Source: Phallusia mammillata (lineage: Eukaryota). From it: 64,000 bases of DNA. The notes beneath the pieces were generated by a model that searched no databases, was not told where the DNA came from, and saw nothing but the letters and a program-made list of their open reading frames with translations. Positions 63,134-64,000 of this stretch are shown in pieces; the first letter of the stretch is position 1, and each line of letters begins with the position of its first letter. A program made the translations under genes and the position numbers. The DNA lies in contig OZ281500.1 in NCBI GenBank assembly GCA_965637545.1, positions 8,246,001 to 8,310,000 of the forward strand, written 5' to 3'.

Positions 63134-63666
63134 ATGTCAACACAATTTCCATCCTTTGCACCAAAAACTACCAACCCACTATGGTTCAGTGTGGGAGAAC
63201 CTGGAGATGATGAAGCTGAACTTAGGACACTTGAAGCCAAGTACAAAAAATGGGTAAGTCTTTTTGTTGTTTAATGACTGTGTTTTTAATATTTTAAATG
63301 TGACCTTGTTCTTAATTGTTGGTGTACAGATGAAAAGCATCATTGACAAGGACAAGGATGCCCCATATATTGGGAAGAAGCCTGATGCAATGGTAGCTTT
63401 AATTTTCTGTTTCCAAGGGAACTCTTATTCAAAAAAAAAAGTTTTTTGGGGGGATTTAATTAAAGAACTTCTACATTTAGAGTTTGGTAGTCACAGTAAA
63501 TGAAACATATAAAACTGTACATATATACTGATAAGAATTAAATGATATGAACTCATTTTAGCAACCAACTGAGCCAGAACCAGAGGGTGAATCTGAAGAG
63601 AGTGAGGATGAAGAGGACTTAAATGGATTTCAAGATTCACCTGAAGATCAAAATCCAGGAATTCAG
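63134..63666 (+). CDS. ANAPC15: Anaphase-promoting complex subunit 15, 5' exons 63134-63253, 63330-63392, 63562-63666 (3' end unresolved)
   Basis: MSTQFPSFAPKTTNPLWFSVGEPGDDEAEL...W | MKSIIDKDKDAPYIGKK | acidic tract. Matches the ANAPC15 N-terminus, including the 120-bp first coding exon. Confidence 0.85.
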
Positions 63667-64000
63667 GCAGGCTATGTTTATTTTATATTACAAAAAGAGA
63701 CAGTGCTGCAGACACCTTTACCTCTGAACAGGCAAAAATTACATTTATATTTTACAAATTTATTTTGTAAGTTAACGGTTAATTATGGGTCCCCTTCCCT
63801 GAAGGGGACACATATTGATTTTACTCAAAATGTTTGTTTGTTTTTCTTTTTTTTTCTTTCATTTTTCTTCTCCCCAAAGTTTGTCCGACTCGTTTTTCCA
63901 TCAAATCCTTGATGGATTTGGATGAAATTTACACAGATGGTAGATGTAGTTATGTAGATGTGCATCCCACTTTGTTTTTGTTGATAACCCCAGTATTTAC

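Overview
AT-rich eukaryotic genomic DNA with compact spliceosomal introns. The gene set and chordate-like exon boundaries suggest an invertebrate chordate, most likely an ascidian (inference). Genes reconstructed by hand from splice sites and reading phase: the 5' part of a Shroom-family gene (minus; PDZ exons plus two alternative first exons; continues beyond the left edge), GAMT (minus, 5 exons), a FRMPD4/Preso-like WW-WW-PDZ-FERM gene (minus, 15 exons, about 1821 aa, 35.6-58.2 kb), intronless RPL14, FEN1 with a single coding exon, and the 5' part of ANAPC15. Two structures stand out. (1) A 20.5-29.8 kb cluster of an unrecognised, intronless, secreted protein family: two intact copies, one clear pseudogene and one probable older relic. 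They share a kappaB-like/GAAAC/TATA promoter layout and have a beta-trefoil-like sequence pattern. (2) A 5.35-kb near-perfect palindrome (foldback-type element, 7-bp target-site duplication, mirror-ordered 199-bp tandem arrays) inside FRMPD4 intron 2. Several hAT non-autonomous elements with 8-bp target-site duplications are also present. No rRNA, tRNA or CRISPR array was seen.
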